Source of the DNA: an uncultured archaeon
GTDB lineage: Archaea > Iainarchaeota > Iainarchaeia > Iainarchaeales > JAAZKV01
Reading direction: 5' to 3'
DNA: 32,000 bases
NCBI GenBank assembly: GCA_964551375.1
Contig: CAZKBG010000001.1
Location: 420,001 to 452,000 of the forward strand
Below, piece after piece: positions 18,514 through 28,310 of this stretch. A program made the position numbers and the translations under genes. How positions within the stretch are numbered: position 1 is the stretch's first letter; every line of letters starts with the position of its first letter. The notes beneath the pieces are model-generated. The model did no database searches, was not told where the DNA came from, and worked only from the letters and a program-made list of their open reading frames with translations.

Positions 18514-18709
18514 TTACACTAATAAAAAAATATTCCTAAAAACATTTATCCTTGAATGAGCCGCCAAGTCTTTTTTTGATCTTTTTCTTTTGTATAAACA
18601 TAAATATCCATCTCCGCAAATATGCGCTGCAATTTCTGCCTCTTCAACTGAACACGAATCAAAATCTATTTGAATAAGACCACAAAAATAGAAATTGATT
18701 TGGCGAATT
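18514..18709 (-). pseudogene. possible LAGLIDADG homing endonuclease remnant
   Basis: Open minus frame without ATG: ...FDSCSVEEAEIAAHICGDGYLCLYKRKRSKKDLAAHSRINVFRNIFLLV*. AEIAAHICGDGYL resembles the LAGLIDADG/GDG motif. Confidence 0.35.
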
Positions 18710-18745
18710 TATTTCTTTTCCAGCTACTTTGCCGGTTAAAAATAA

Positions 18746-18818
18746 TGGGGATGCGAGGATTTGAACCCCGGTTTGACGCTCCCAAAGCGCCGGTCCTACC
18801 AGGCTAGACTACATCCCC
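18746..18818 (-). tRNA. tRNA-Pro (TGG anticodon)
   Basis: GGGGATG acceptor pairs with CATCCCC; anticodon arm GGCGC-TTTGGGA-GCGTC; T arm CGGGG-TTCAAAT-CCTCG. Confidence 0.95.
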
Positions 18819-18897
18819 TTAATCGCCAACATCAACTTTAACTACTAAGTATAAAACGCCAAGCAGGGTTTTTAAAAGTTTGGAGAAGGCAAAAACT

Positions 18898-19386
18898 CTA
18901 CTTCTTCGGCTTATCCTTTGATTTCATCTTCTCATTCTTCACTTCAATCTCGCTCTGCACAAAAAAATAAACTATTGAAAATGCTGAAAAAGGAAGCCGC
19001 AGCCAGTCAGGAACCATGGAAAAAATAAAAAGCATAATCCAAAGAGGCAGAAAGTTTTTTGCAACAGTTTTCATGCTCTGCTTTAACACAACTTTTTGAG
19101 CCCAGACAAAAACAAGAACAACAATAACGCCAACCCAAATTGAAGGAATGTTCAAAAATGAAGCCAAAAGAGCCCCCGCCATTGAAATAGCGGAAATTTC
19201 AACCGCCTTATCCCACGCCTTATCTTCAGTAGCCCTTATTCCAAGATATGTAAAGATTAAAAGAAAGCAGAAAATGAAGAGCGTGCTAAACCAGCCCATT
19301 GCGAAAACATCAAGCCCTGCGAAATACTCAGCACCCATGCCCATAAATAAAATACCTAAAGAGGAGTATAAAAGGATTATTACCAA
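18898..19386 (-). CDS. multi-pass membrane protein, hypothetical
   Basis: Four predicted hydrophobic segments (e.g. GWFSTLFIFCFLLIFTYLGI, IWVGVIVVLVFVWAQ). Confidence 0.75.
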   Translation of the reverse strand: MVIILLYSSLGILFMGMGAEYFAGLDVFAMGWFSTLFIFCFLLIFTYLGIRATEDKAWDKAVEISAISMAGALLASFLNIPSIWVGVIVVLVFVWAQKVVLKQSMKTVAKNFLPLWIMLFIFSMVPDWLRLPFSAFSIVYFFVQSEIEVKNEKMKSKDKPKK

Positions 19387-19413
19387 CTATAAGTTAGAAG
19401 TCATAGTGTGATT

Positions 19414-21258
19414 AAAATGCTGTTTAAAGAAGCAAGTGGATACTTTGACAAAATAGAGCAGGCATCATCAAGGCTTGTGATGACAGATTATTTAGCCGAG
19501 CTTTTTGAAAAAATGCCTTCAACTGACGCTAAAAAAATAGTTTATCTTCTGCAGGGAAGAATCGCGCCCCAATTTGAAGGAAAAGAAATTGGGTTTGGAG
19601 AAAAACTAATCGCTGAAGGAATAGCAAAAGCAACTGGATTTACTAGAGAAGAAGTTGATAAGAAATTCAACGAAACGGGAGACCTTGGAAACACCGCTGA
19701 AGAATTTACAAAGAGAAGAAAACAGCAGGGATTAAGCGCGCAAGAACTTACTATTGAAAAAGTATTTGCAAACTTAAAAAAAATGTCCGAAACTGAAGGA
19801 ACTGGAAGCCAGGAGCTGAAGAAAAAACTTCTCGCAGAGCTTTTCAACTCAGCATCTCCGACAGAAGCAAGATACATCGGCAGAATTCCGCTTGGAAATA
19901 TGCGGCTTGGAGTGGGCGACCCCACAATTATGGATGCATTCGCAATGGTGCTCACAAAAGAAGCGCAGGAAAAGCTTGAAAAGACAAAAAAAGATGCTAA
20001 AAGTAAAAAAGAAAATAAGGCAATTGAAGATGCGCAGAGAAAACTAAAAGTTGAGATACGCGAAAAAATTGAAGGCGCGTATAATATATTTTCTGATCTT
20101 GGAGAGCTATCTGAACTGCTCAAAAGCAAAGGTCTTAAGGGACTTAGAGAAATACACATAAAACCTGGGACTCCAATACGCCCAACCGCGGCTGAAAGAC
20201 TCCCGAGCGCAAAAGAAATAATCGAGAAACTCGGCAAATGCGCGGTTGAAGCAAAATATGACGGATTTAGAATGCAAATAAGCAAAGACGGGGAGAAAGT
20301 AAAAATATTTTCAAGGCACAGCGAAGAAATCACCCAAATGTTTCCCGAAATAATTGAAGCGGTTAGAAAGCAAATAAAAGCGAAAAAATGCATTGTGGAA
20401 GGAGAAGCGCTGGCATATAATGACGAGACGCAGGAATACTACCCTTTTCAAATAACAATACAAAGGAAAAGAAAATATGAAGTGGAGAAGAAGGCAAAAG
20501 AATACCCGCTCAAATTATTTTTGTTTGATATAATGTACTGCGAAGGGGAAAGCCAGATGGAAAAACCTTTTGCTCTCCGAAGAGAAAAACTTGCAAGCAT
20601 CTTAAATGAAGGCGAAATAATTGTATTAAGCGAACAAAAAATTGTCACAACCCCAGAAGAGCTTGAAAAATTCTTCACTGAAAAAGTCGCGCAAGGATTG
20701 GAAGGAATAATGGCAAAAGACTTAAGCGCGCCCTACATTGCAGGAGCGAGAAAATTTGCTTGGATTAAATTAAAGCGCTCGTTTAAGGGAAGCTTAAACG
20801 ACACAGTGGACCTTGCAATAATCGGATATTACACTGGAAAGGGAAAAAGAACTGAATTCGGACTCGGAGCGCTACTTGTCGCATCGTATAATGGCAAAAA
20901 TGATTTATTTGAAAGCGTTGCAAAAATAGGAACAGGAATGAGCGAAGAAATGCTTTCTGAACTTGAAAAAATACTCTCGAAAATCACTGCAAAATCAAAG
21001 CCTGCAAGAGTGGTATCCGAACTAACTCCTGATTTTTGGGTGCAGCCACAGTATGTAATTGAAACACTTGCTGATGAAATTACTGAAAGCCCGCTTCACT
21101 CATGCGGCAAAGAAGCAGGGAAAGGATACGCGCTAAGATTTCCACGAATGATAAAAATTAGAAGCGAGAAAAAGGCGGAAGAAGCAACTACCACTGAAGA
21201 GATAATAAAAATGTACAAAATGCAGAAAAGAGTGGCAATGGAAAACCAGCAGGAATAA
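19414..21258 (+). CDS. lig: ATP-dependent DNA ligase
   Basis: Ligase KxDG motif VEAKYDGFRMQIS, EGEALAYN, EGIMAKDL, AWIKLKRSF, FRYG-like nucleotidyltransferase motifs; archaeal LigI architecture. Confidence 0.96.
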   Translation, partial: KMLFKEASGYFDKIEQASSRLVMTDYLAELFEKMPSTDAKKIVYLLQGRIAPQFEGKEIGFGEKLIAEGIAKATGFTREEVDKKFNETGDLGNTAEEFTKRRKQQGLSAQELTIEKVFANLKKMSETEGTGSQELKKKLLAELFNSASPTEARYIGRIPLGNMRLGVGDPTIMDAFAMVLTKEAQEKLEKTKKDAKSKKENKAIEDAQRKLKVEIREKIEGAYNIFSDLGELSELLKSKGLKGLREIHIKPGTPIRPTAAERLPSAKEIIEKLGKCAVEAKYDGFRMQISKDGEKVKIFSRHSEEITQMFPEIIEAVRKQIKAKKCIVEGEALAYNDETQEYYPFQITIQRKRKYEVEKKAKEYPLKLFLFDIMYCEGESQMEKPFALRREKLASILNEGEIIVLSEQKIVTTPEELEKFFTEKVAQGLEGIMAKDLSAPYIAGARKFAWIKLKRSFKGSLNDTVDLAIIGYYTGKGKRTEFGLGALLVASYNGKNDLFESVAKIGTGMSEEMLSELEKILSKITAKSKPARVVSELTPDFWVQPQYVIETLADEITESPLHSCGKEAGKGYALRFPRMIKIRSEKKAEEATTTEEIIKMYKMQKRVAMENQQE

Positions 21259-21327
21259 CTATTTTTAACAGAGCTTATTTTAGCTAAGCAAGTAAGGTTT
21301 AAGTATTGAAAAACCGTATTTTAGCTT

Positions 21328-21537
21328 ATGAAAATATTCAAGTTTCTAACCCTTATGCTTTCACTAATAGTTGTGCTTTGGCTACTCTTTGGAATAGAAT
21401 TATACAAACACGACTGGGTGGCAATATTTTTGCATACAGACAATTACCCAATGCTCATAATAGTTTTTGTTGGGGCGCTTGTGGTAGGAATGATTATAAA
21501 AAAGCTTTTTGTAATTGAATACAAATTATTGAAGTGA
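21328..21537 (+). CDS. small two-TM membrane protein
   Basis: MKIFKFLTLMLSLIVVLWLLFGIELYKHDW...MLIIVFVGALVVGMIIKKLF; tightly linked to the following gene. Confidence 0.6.
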   Translation: MKIFKFLTLMLSLIVVLWLLFGIELYKHDWVAIFLHTDNYPMLIIVFVGALVVGMIIKKLFVIEYKLLK

Positions 21538-21541
21538 TTTT

Positions 21542-22495
21542 ATGAACGCAATGCAGTTAGTGGTTTTTGGAATAGTCGCAGTGGCAATGCTTGCGGTGTT
21601 TGCTTATGTTATTACCCCGACTGTTCCAAACAGCGTTGATATTATAAAAAATTCTCTGCAAGACGCGCAAGTCCCAGGAAATATGGGGAAAACAATTTCT
21701 CTTGGAGCGCTTCCTTACCCAAAAAACGCAACAATAGGAAAAGAAGACCTTACTTACTCGCAAATGAGCGTTGCAATTGAATGCACAAGCGCAAGAGAAT
21801 GCTGCCCAAGAGACGCGGACCTTGGCGGGAAGAAATGCGACAAAGTATTATCATGGGATTATGACCATCTCACAGTAAGCACTGATAAGAGAATTGACAC
21901 TTATGTTAGATGCCTCTCGGAAAAAGGATACCCTGTGTGCAGAGTATACTTTGGAAGCGCGCCCGCGCAGGCAAAAATTGACTCTATTTCAAAGCCTGTT
22001 GAAACTCAAAGCGGGGAAATTAATCTCACAGTTACAATAAAAAATCTTGGCGCGGTTCCCGCTCCAATCGGAGAAAACTCCTTAGTGCTTCTTAAAAAAG
22101 TAAACGGCGACTGGCAGGAAAGCGATTATGATTCAAATGCAAAAGAAACTCCGGCAGTAATGCCAGGGGAAAAGCAAATAATGTACTGGACAATCAGCCC
22201 TAAGAATATCGGCGAATACAAGGCACGATTTAGGTACTCCGCGCTTGATTCAGGATTTGATGAGAAAAGCGTTGATTTTAACAGAGCGGTTATGAGTCAG
22301 TGCAACAGAACTGAAGGAACCACAACAATATTCGACCCTGAAAGCCAAAAATTTTGGGAAATACACAACTGCGAAAACTGCAACTATTCCTTTGAATGCG
22401 TCGCAGCATGGGCTAATTATACTAAAAAAGAATTCTTTGGAATCAACGCAACAAGCGCATACTGCAATAAAGACACAGAAAATGGAAGCTGTTAA
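21542..22495 (+). CDS. membrane-anchored, Cys-containing extracellular protein with CARDB-like domain
   Basis: N-terminal TM; INLTVTIKNLGAVPAPIGENSLVLLKK; paired Cys segments (ECCPRDADLGGKKC, CENCNYSFEC). Confidence 0.7.
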   Translation: MNAMQLVVFGIVAVAMLAVFAYVITPTVPNSVDIIKNSLQDAQVPGNMGKTISLGALPYPKNATIGKEDLTYSQMSVAIECTSARECCPRDADLGGKKCDKVLSWDYDHLTVSTDKRIDTYVRCLSEKGYPVCRVYFGSAPAQAKIDSISKPVETQSGEINLTVTIKNLGAVPAPIGENSLVLLKKVNGDWQESDYDSNAKETPAVMPGEKQIMYWTISPKNIGEYKARFRYSALDSGFDEKSVDFNRAVMSQCNRTEGTTTIFDPESQKFWEIHNCENCNYSFECVAAWANYTKKEFFGINATSAYCNKDTENGSC

Positions 22496-22516
22496 AATTA
22501 CTTTTCCAGCTATACT

Positions 22517-23311
22517 TTAATCTCTTTTTAAGAAAGAAAGCAAAAGAAGCACTGTTGAAAATACAACCAAATACCCTATTTCAAATATAAATTCTGAAAT
22601 ATAAATTCCTTTAACTATAAGCCCCAAAAGAAGGTTATTTGCCACAGTCATTGGAAGATAGGAACTGACAAACTGCATTACTCCCCCCATCGCATTTATT
22701 GGAAAAATTATCCCGCTTAAAAAAAGCATTGGGACAATTAAAAGCAAAGTGGCAAGAACTGCTGTTGACTGGCTTTTTGCAAAAGATGCTACTAAAAGCC
22801 CCATTGAAATAAAAGCCACTGAAACAAGAATCACTGCCAAAAGCAGATTCCACACTGGAACGTTTAGAACAAGCCCAAAACCAAAAGTGCTTACTCCCAT
22901 TAAAGAAAAAGGAAGCTCAAATTTTGAGAATGCAACCGCAAATATTATGCCTGCTTCAAGAAGCGCAATGGCAAACTGCCCAAATACTCTCCCTAAAATA
23001 AACATAAAGCGCCAAGTCACACTTAAATTTAGGCGGAGAGTAACGGACTGCACTCGTTCAATAATCACCGTTATTGAAGAAAGAAGCATACAAGTCAAAA
23101 TAAGCACAATTACAACTAAATTTGATACAAGAATCCCGAAATTGCTTCCCTCAAAAGCAATGCCTGTGAGCCCAACCACAAACAAAGGATAAAGAATAAT
23201 TAAAAGAATTGCAAACCTCTGGCTCTTTACAATCGCAACTTCCTTTGAAGCAATCGCAATCAATTTCAGAAGATGGCTTATAATCGGAATTTTTTCAATC
23301 ATTTTGCCCAC
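22517..23311 (-). CDS. ABC-2 type transporter permease
   Basis: Six hydrophobic segments; LLIVPMLFLSGIIFPINAMGGVMQFVSSYLPMTVANNLL is a typical ABC-2 signature; overlaps the ATPase gene. Confidence 0.88.
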   Translation of the reverse strand: MGKMIEKIPIISHLLKLIAIASKEVAIVKSQRFAILLIILYPLFVVGLTGIAFEGSNFGILVSNLVVIVLILTCMLLSSITVIIERVQSVTLRLNLSVTWRFMFILGRVFGQFAIALLEAGIIFAVAFSKFELPFSLMGVSTFGFGLVLNVPVWNLLLAVILVSVAFISMGLLVASFAKSQSTAVLATLLLIVPMLFLSGIIFPINAMGGVMQFVSSYLPMTVANNLLLGLIVKGIYISEFIFEIGYLVVFSTVLLLLSFLKRD

Positions 23312-24227
23312 CCAAAATATTTATGAAAACATCATCAAGAGTAGGCTCTTTTGTAACTGACGAAATAATATTATACCCTTTTCCGATTAAATAACTTGAA
23401 ATTGAAGACACTCTCCCCACAATTCTTTCTTCCTTAAACGGAATAAACAAAAAATCTTTTTTGGAATAAATATCCGCCCCTCCCGCAAGTTCCTTAATTA
23501 CATTAATGTCCTTATCCTTAACCCCTCCCTCAATCTTAAACACAACCACTCTTATTCCTCCGAATTTGCTCACAAGTTCTCCAGGAGGGCCTGATGCAAG
23601 AAGACTTCCATTTTTTAGAATAATTATATTATCGCACAATCTTTGAACTTCATCCATATAATGAGTGGTTATTATTATTGTTTTTTTGGATTTTTTTAAT
23701 TCAATAATCTTATCCCAAAATACCTGCCTCATTTTTGGATCAAGCCCTACAGAAGGCTCGTCAAAGAAAATAAGGTCCGGATCATGAATCATTGAAATTG
23801 CGGTATTTAAAAGACGCCTGTATCCGCCGCTCAAATTCTCGGCAATTGAATTTTTAAATTCAAAAAGATCAAGCCACTTAAGCAAAAAATCAATTCTCTT
23901 TCGCTTCCTTTCAGCAAAGTACCCGGCAACGCTTGCAAAGAAATTCATATTTTGCATAACTGTAAGGTTGTAAAAAAAAGAATCTTTTTGAGAAACAAGC
24001 GCGATTCTTGAGTGCAAATTTACCCTTTTATCCCCGTTGAAAAGAACAACTTCCCCTTTTGAAGGCTTTTCAAGCCCCAAAATTATGGAAGTAATAGTGC
24101 TTTTTCCAGACCCGCTTCCTCCCAAAAGCCCAAAAACCTCCCCCGGACTAATGTCAAAAGAAACATTATCCACAACCTTTTTCTTGCCAAAATTCTTGCT
24201 CACACTTCGAACTGAAACAACAGGCAT
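23295..24227 (-). CDS. ABC transporter ATP-binding protein
   Basis: GLLGGSGSGKSTI (Walker A), LSGGYRRLLNTAISMIHDPDLIFFDEPSVGLDP (signature + Walker B). Start placed at MPVVSVRSVSKNFG. Confidence 0.95.
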   Translation of the reverse strand: MPVVSVRSVSKNFGKKKVVDNVSFDISPGEVFGLLGGSGSGKSTITSIILGLEKPSKGEVVLFNGDKRVNLHSRIALVSQKDSFFYNLTVMQNMNFFASVAGYFAERKRKRIDFLLKWLDLFEFKNSIAENLSGGYRRLLNTAISMIHDPDLIFFDEPSVGLDPKMRQVFWDKIIELKKSKKTIIITTHYMDEVQRLCDNIIILKNGSLLASGPPGELVSKFGGIRVVVFKIEGGVKDKDINVIKELAGGADIYSKKDFLFIPFKEERIVGRVSSISSYLIGKGYNIISSVTKEPTLDDVFINILGGQND

Positions 24228-24384
24228 AAAACCAACTGGCACTCTAAAGACAACAAAAATGAAATATATAAAGCTGCTTTCAATAGGCGATAAAGAGGCA
24301 TAGCGCCTGATTTTAGCCCACAATAAAGTAATATAAAAGCTAACGAACTAACATAATGCAGTAAAGCAATGGAAGGAATTAGAA

Positions 24385-25713
24385 ATGGCTGTTAAAGAAT
24401 TTTACTCTAAAAACAAAATCAAAGAAGGAACGCTGATTGAATTTGAATACAACAAAGAAAAAATAAGCGGGACAGTAATTCCCACTAATGATAATTTATT
24501 GAACGTTAAACTTGCTTCAGGATATAATGCTGGATTTGAAACTGACAAAATTAAAGCGGTCAAAGTTCTTGGCGAAGCAAAGAGTGTTGGAAAGCCAAAA
24601 ACGGTTGAAATAAAGAAAAATCCATCTCTTCCAACAATTGCAGTTCTTCATACAGGCGGAACTATAGCATCAAGAGTAAATTATTCCACAGGAGGAGTAA
24701 TTGCGTCATTTAATTTAGAAGACTTAATCACATTATTTCCAGAACTTACTACAATAGCAAACATTGAGTCAGTATTTGTAGCAAATATAATGTCGGAAGA
24801 TATGAGCGCGAAAGATTATCAGGCAATATCAAGCGCAGTGGCTGGACAAATAAAAAAAGGAGTTAAAGGAGTCATAATCGGGCACGGAACTGACATGCTT
24901 GGATACAGCGCAGCAGCGCTTACATTTGAACTTGAGAATTGCCCAATACCTGTTCTTATTGTTGGAGCGCAGAGAAGCTCAGACAGGGGCTCAAGCGATG
25001 CCGCAATGAACTTAATCAGCGCCGCAACTTTTATTACAAAAACTAATTACAAAGGAGTGGCTGTCTGCATGCATCACAAAAGCGATGATGACACATGCGC
25101 AATAATGCCCGGCGCAAAGGTAAGGAAAATGCACACTTCAAGAAGAGACGCATTCAAAACAATAAATGACACTCCAATCGCGCTTGTTGATTACAAAACC
25201 AAGGAAATCAAATGGATGAAAGACAGAAAGGAGCTTGAAAAGTCAAAAGGAGAGTTTAAGCTTTTAAATAAATTTGAAGAAAAAGTCGGGCTGATTAAAA
25301 TGCATCCTTTTGTTACTGAAAAAGAGCTTGAATTTTATGCAAAAGAGAAATATCGCGGAGTAATAATTGAAGGAACCGGACTTGGACACACTCCAATACG
25401 CGAAAATGATTCATTTGTTAAAAAAATTAAAGCGCTTGTTGATGCTGGATGTGTTGTTGGAGTTACTTCACAATGCATAAATGGGAGAGTGCATCCATTT
25501 GTTTACACTAACCTTCGAAAAGTTAATGCAACAGGGGCAATTTACTGCGAGGACATGATTCCAGAAACTGCGCTAATAAAGCTGTCCTGGCTGCTTGGAG
25601 ATTACCCTCCTGCAAAAGCAAAGGAACTATTGGCAAAGAACTTGCGAGGGGAGATAAGCGAATTTACGAGAACCGACACTTATCTTGAAGACGAAATTAA
25701 TGCTTCAAAATAG
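24385..25713 (+). CDS. gatD: glutamyl-tRNA(Gln) amidotransferase subunit D
   Basis: IAVLHTGGTIASRVNYSTGGVIASF, VIIGHGTDMLGYSAAAL, SSDRGSSDAAMNL: archaeal GatD/L-asparaginase signature. Confidence 0.96.
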   Translation: MAVKEFYSKNKIKEGTLIEFEYNKEKISGTVIPTNDNLLNVKLASGYNAGFETDKIKAVKVLGEAKSVGKPKTVEIKKNPSLPTIAVLHTGGTIASRVNYSTGGVIASFNLEDLITLFPELTTIANIESVFVANIMSEDMSAKDYQAISSAVAGQIKKGVKGVIIGHGTDMLGYSAAALTFELENCPIPVLIVGAQRSSDRGSSDAAMNLISAATFITKTNYKGVAVCMHHKSDDDTCAIMPGAKVRKMHTSRRDAFKTINDTPIALVDYKTKEIKWMKDRKELEKSKGEFKLLNKFEEKVGLIKMHPFVTEKELEFYAKEKYRGVIIEGTGLGHTPIRENDSFVKKIKALVDAGCVVGVTSQCINGRVHPFVYTNLRKVNATGAIYCEDMIPETALIKLSWLLGDYPPAKAKELLAKNLRGEISEFTRTDTYLEDEINASK

Positions 25714-25818
25714 CCCTAATCGCCAATTAGACCAAAAAGCCATAATTTCGACATTTAACTTAATCTTAGCCTTAATTCGCCATAGCCACTAATTCACTTA
25801 TTCACGTTAATAGTAATG

Positions 25819-25827
25819 TTTATATAC
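25819..25827 (+). promoter_or_regulatory. TATA box for Tyr-rich protein gene
   Basis: TTTATATAC about 36 nt upstream of the start, followed by GGTGA ribosome-binding sequence. Confidence 0.55.
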
Positions 25828-25862
25828 TACTTCCCTGGCAATATGTATGAAGGTGAGCTTTG

Positions 25863-26213
25863 ATGAGAGCAGCTTTAATTGGATTAATATTTGTAATACT
25901 CTTGATGCTAACAAGCGCAAGCTTTGCTTATTCAGGATTTAACAGATACTACTACACAGACAACTACTACCCAACAACTTACTACGCAGCACCATACGCA
26001 AACTCATACTACTACCCTACATCATATTACTACCCATCATACACATACAGCACATACTACCCAGTGGTAACTTACACAGCACCTACATATTACTACCCAA
26101 CAAACTACTACTCAGGATACACAAGCGGAGTTAGCGTATACGGAACTACAAGCTCTGGAAATTGGGGATTCTCAGTAACCAGAAGCAATTGCGGATACTA
26201 CGGATATTGTTAA
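25863..26213 (+). CDS. secreted tyrosine-rich low-complexity protein
   Basis: Signal peptide MRAALIGLIFVILLMLTSASFAYS, then about 30 Tyr in about 95 residues (YYYPTSYYYPSYTYSTYYP...), ends CGYYGYC. Confidence 0.75.
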   Translation: MRAALIGLIFVILLMLTSASFAYSGFNRYYYTDNYYPTTYYAAPYANSYYYPTSYYYPSYTYSTYYPVVTYTAPTYYYPTNYYSGYTSGVSVYGTTSSGNWGFSVTRSNCGYYGYC

Positions 26214-26290
26214 ACACAAGCAAAACAAATCCCGCTTTGATTCTTGAGCGGGTTAACTAATTTTTAATCCTTTTCATACTATTTTTAGTC

Positions 26291-26416
26291 ATGCAAAAAC
26301 AAAATAACTCAAAGCCTGATTATGAAAAACTTGGACTCAAAGCAGGACTTGAAGTTCACCAGAGCCGTCACGCCGGCTCGCGGGCGGAGTTCGCTTGCGC
26401 TCACGGGGTGAACTAA
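26291..26416 (+). pseudogene. partial duplicate of gatE 5' end (41-codon truncated ORF)
   Basis: ATG CAA AAA ... MQKQNNSKPDYEKLGLKAGLEVHQSRHAGSRAEFACAHGVN*; residues YEKLGLKAGLEVHQ duplicate the GatE N-terminus. Confidence 0.75.
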
Positions 26417-26465
26417 AATGGATTACAAAAAACTAGGACTCAAAGCAGGACTTGAAGTTCACCAG
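26318..26465 (+). repeat. 45-nt direct repeat pair (26318-26362 and 26421-26465) flanking a GC-rich insert
   Basis: gattatgaaaaacttggactcaaagcaggacttgaagttcaccag versus gattacaaaaaactaggactcaaagcaggacttgaagttcaccag (42/45). Confidence 0.9.
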
Positions 26466-28310
26466 CAGCTTGATACTGGAAAATTATTCATTAGAACGCC
26501 AAGCATATTAAGCGATGAATTTGACTTTACAATAGAAAGAAAACTAAGGCCGGTTCCGTCAGAGCTTGGAGAATATGATAAAACCGCAATTGACGCATTC
26601 AAAAGAAATGAAACTTTTTACTACTCGGGAAAAAAAGAAAATATTTCACTGGTGGAGCTTGATGAAGAGCCGCCGCAGCCAATGGATAAAGAAGCGCTAA
26701 AAACGGTTCTTGAAGTATCATCACTGTGCAATTCAACTATTGTGAGCAAAATAATTCCAATGCGAAAAACTGTAATTGACGGAAGCAACACAAGCGCATT
26801 TCAAAGAACAGCATTAATTTCTCTTGGAGGACACTTTGATATCGAAAGCGAGGATGCAAAAGGAAAAAAATCCAAAAAAGAAATCAGCGTCCAAACAATA
26901 CTCCTTGAAGAAGACGCTGCAAGGCCAATAAAGAAAGAAGCTGGAAAAATATACTACAACCTTGATAGACTTGGAATTCCATTAATTGAGCTTGCAACAG
27001 GCCCTGATATTAGAACTCCAAACGAAGCAGTGCTTGCAGCTGCAAAAATAGGGGAACTAATGAGAATAACTTGCAAGGCAAAAAGAGGAAAAGGAACAAT
27101 AAGACAGGATGTGAATATTTCAATCGCAGAAGGGGCAAGATGCGAAATAAAAGGGTGCCAGGAACTTGAACTAATCAGAACAGTTGTGGAAAAAGAAGTT
27201 GAAAGGCAGATTGATTTACTGGAAGTAAAGAAAAAGTTAAATTCAAAATACTCCAAGACAAAAGACAAAACCAAAATATTCGGCGGGGCGACTGATTTAA
27301 CTCAAACCCTGAAAAACACTGAATGCAAATTTGTGAAAGGAAAAACTACTTTTGGAATTAAAATTGAAAATGCAAAAGGACTGCTTGGAGAAAAAGTGGG
27401 GGCTAAGCGATTTGGAAGCGAACTAAGCGCATATGCTAAAGCAACAGGCGTAAGCGGACTCATCCACATAGACGAACTCCCAAATTATGGAATCACTGAA
27501 AAAGAAGTTGAGCTAATCGCAAAAGCGCTTGACTGCAAGGCAGAAGATAATTTTATTTTAATAGTGGCTGAAAAAGAAAGAGCTCAAAAAGCATTTGAAG
27601 CTGTGAAAGAAAGATTCTTAGCCGCGTTTGAAAAAGTCCCTAATGAAACGCGCGGAGCGCTTGAAGACGGCTCAAGCGAATACCAAAGACCGCTCTCAAG
27701 CGAGGCAAGAATGTACCCTGAAACTGATTTGCCGTTTGAAATTATCACAAAAGAAAAACTTGCTGAAATTAACAAAGGCTTGCCAAAAAGCGTAATTGAA
27801 AGAGAGAAAGAATACGCTAAAATGGGATTAAGCACTAACCACGTGGAAGAAATGAAATTATCCAATTATGCAAGATTTTTTGAAAACGCAGTGGCAAAAG
27901 GAATAAATCCAAAAACAGGCGCAAGCACACTGCTTCAAACACTTACCGAACTCAAAAGAAAAGGAATTGAAGTTGAACGAGTAAGCCTTGAAGAAATTGA
28001 AACTCTGCTGCTTGCTGAAGCCAAAGGAAAAATACAAAAATCCGCGCTTGAAGAAGCAATTATTGAACTTTCAAAAGGAAAAACAACAAGCGAAATACTT
28101 TCTGAAAAGAAAACTGCAAAAGTCGACACTAAAGCAGCTGAGAATAAAATTGCTGAAATTGTGAACAAAAATATTGCGCTAGTAAGAGCAAAAGGAATGG
28201 GTGCAATCGGACCTTTAATGGGAGATGCTATGAAAGAACCTGCTCTGAAAGGAATTGAAGGCAAAATCTTAAGCGAAATGCTTAGAAAAGAAATAAGCGC
28301 AAACAAATAA
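26418..28310 (+). CDS. gatE: glutamyl-tRNA(Gln) amidotransferase subunit E
   Basis: GLKAGLEVHQQLDTGKLFIRTPS, IEKKIxPMRKT-like VIDGSNTSAFQRTALISLGG, RMYPETDLPF. Confidence 0.96.
   Translation: MDYKKLGLKAGLEVHQQLDTGKLFIRTPSILSDEFDFTIERKLRPVPSELGEYDKTAIDAFKRNETFYYSGKKENISLVELDEEPPQPMDKEALKTVLEVSSLCNSTIVSKIIPMRKTVIDGSNTSAFQRTALISLGGHFDIESEDAKGKKSKKEISVQTILLEEDAARPIKKEAGKIYYNLDRLGIPLIELATGPDIRTPNEAVLAAAKIGELMRITCKAKRGKGTIRQDVNISIAEGARCEIKGCQELELIRTVVEKEVERQIDLLEVKKKLNSKYSKTKDKTKIFGGATDLTQTLKNTECKFVKGKTTFGIKIENAKGLLGEKVGAKRFGSELSAYAKATGVSGLIHIDELPNYGITEKEVELIAKALDCKAEDNFILIVAEKERAQKAFEAVKERFLAAFEKVPNETRGALEDGSSEYQRPLSSEARMYPETDLPFEIITKEKLAEINKGLPKSVIEREKEYAKMGLSTNHVEEMKLSNYARFFENAVAKGINPKTGASTLLQTLTELKRKGIEVERVSLEEIETLLLAEAKGKIQKSALEEAIIELSKGKTTSEILSEKKTAKVDTKAAENKIAEIVNKNIALVRAKGMGAIGPLMGDAMKEPALKGIEGKILSEMLRKEISANK

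Noticed and set aside
19542-20393. 283-aa minus ORF
   Set aside because: Fully antisense to the DNA ligase gene; Ser/Phe-rich shadow frame.
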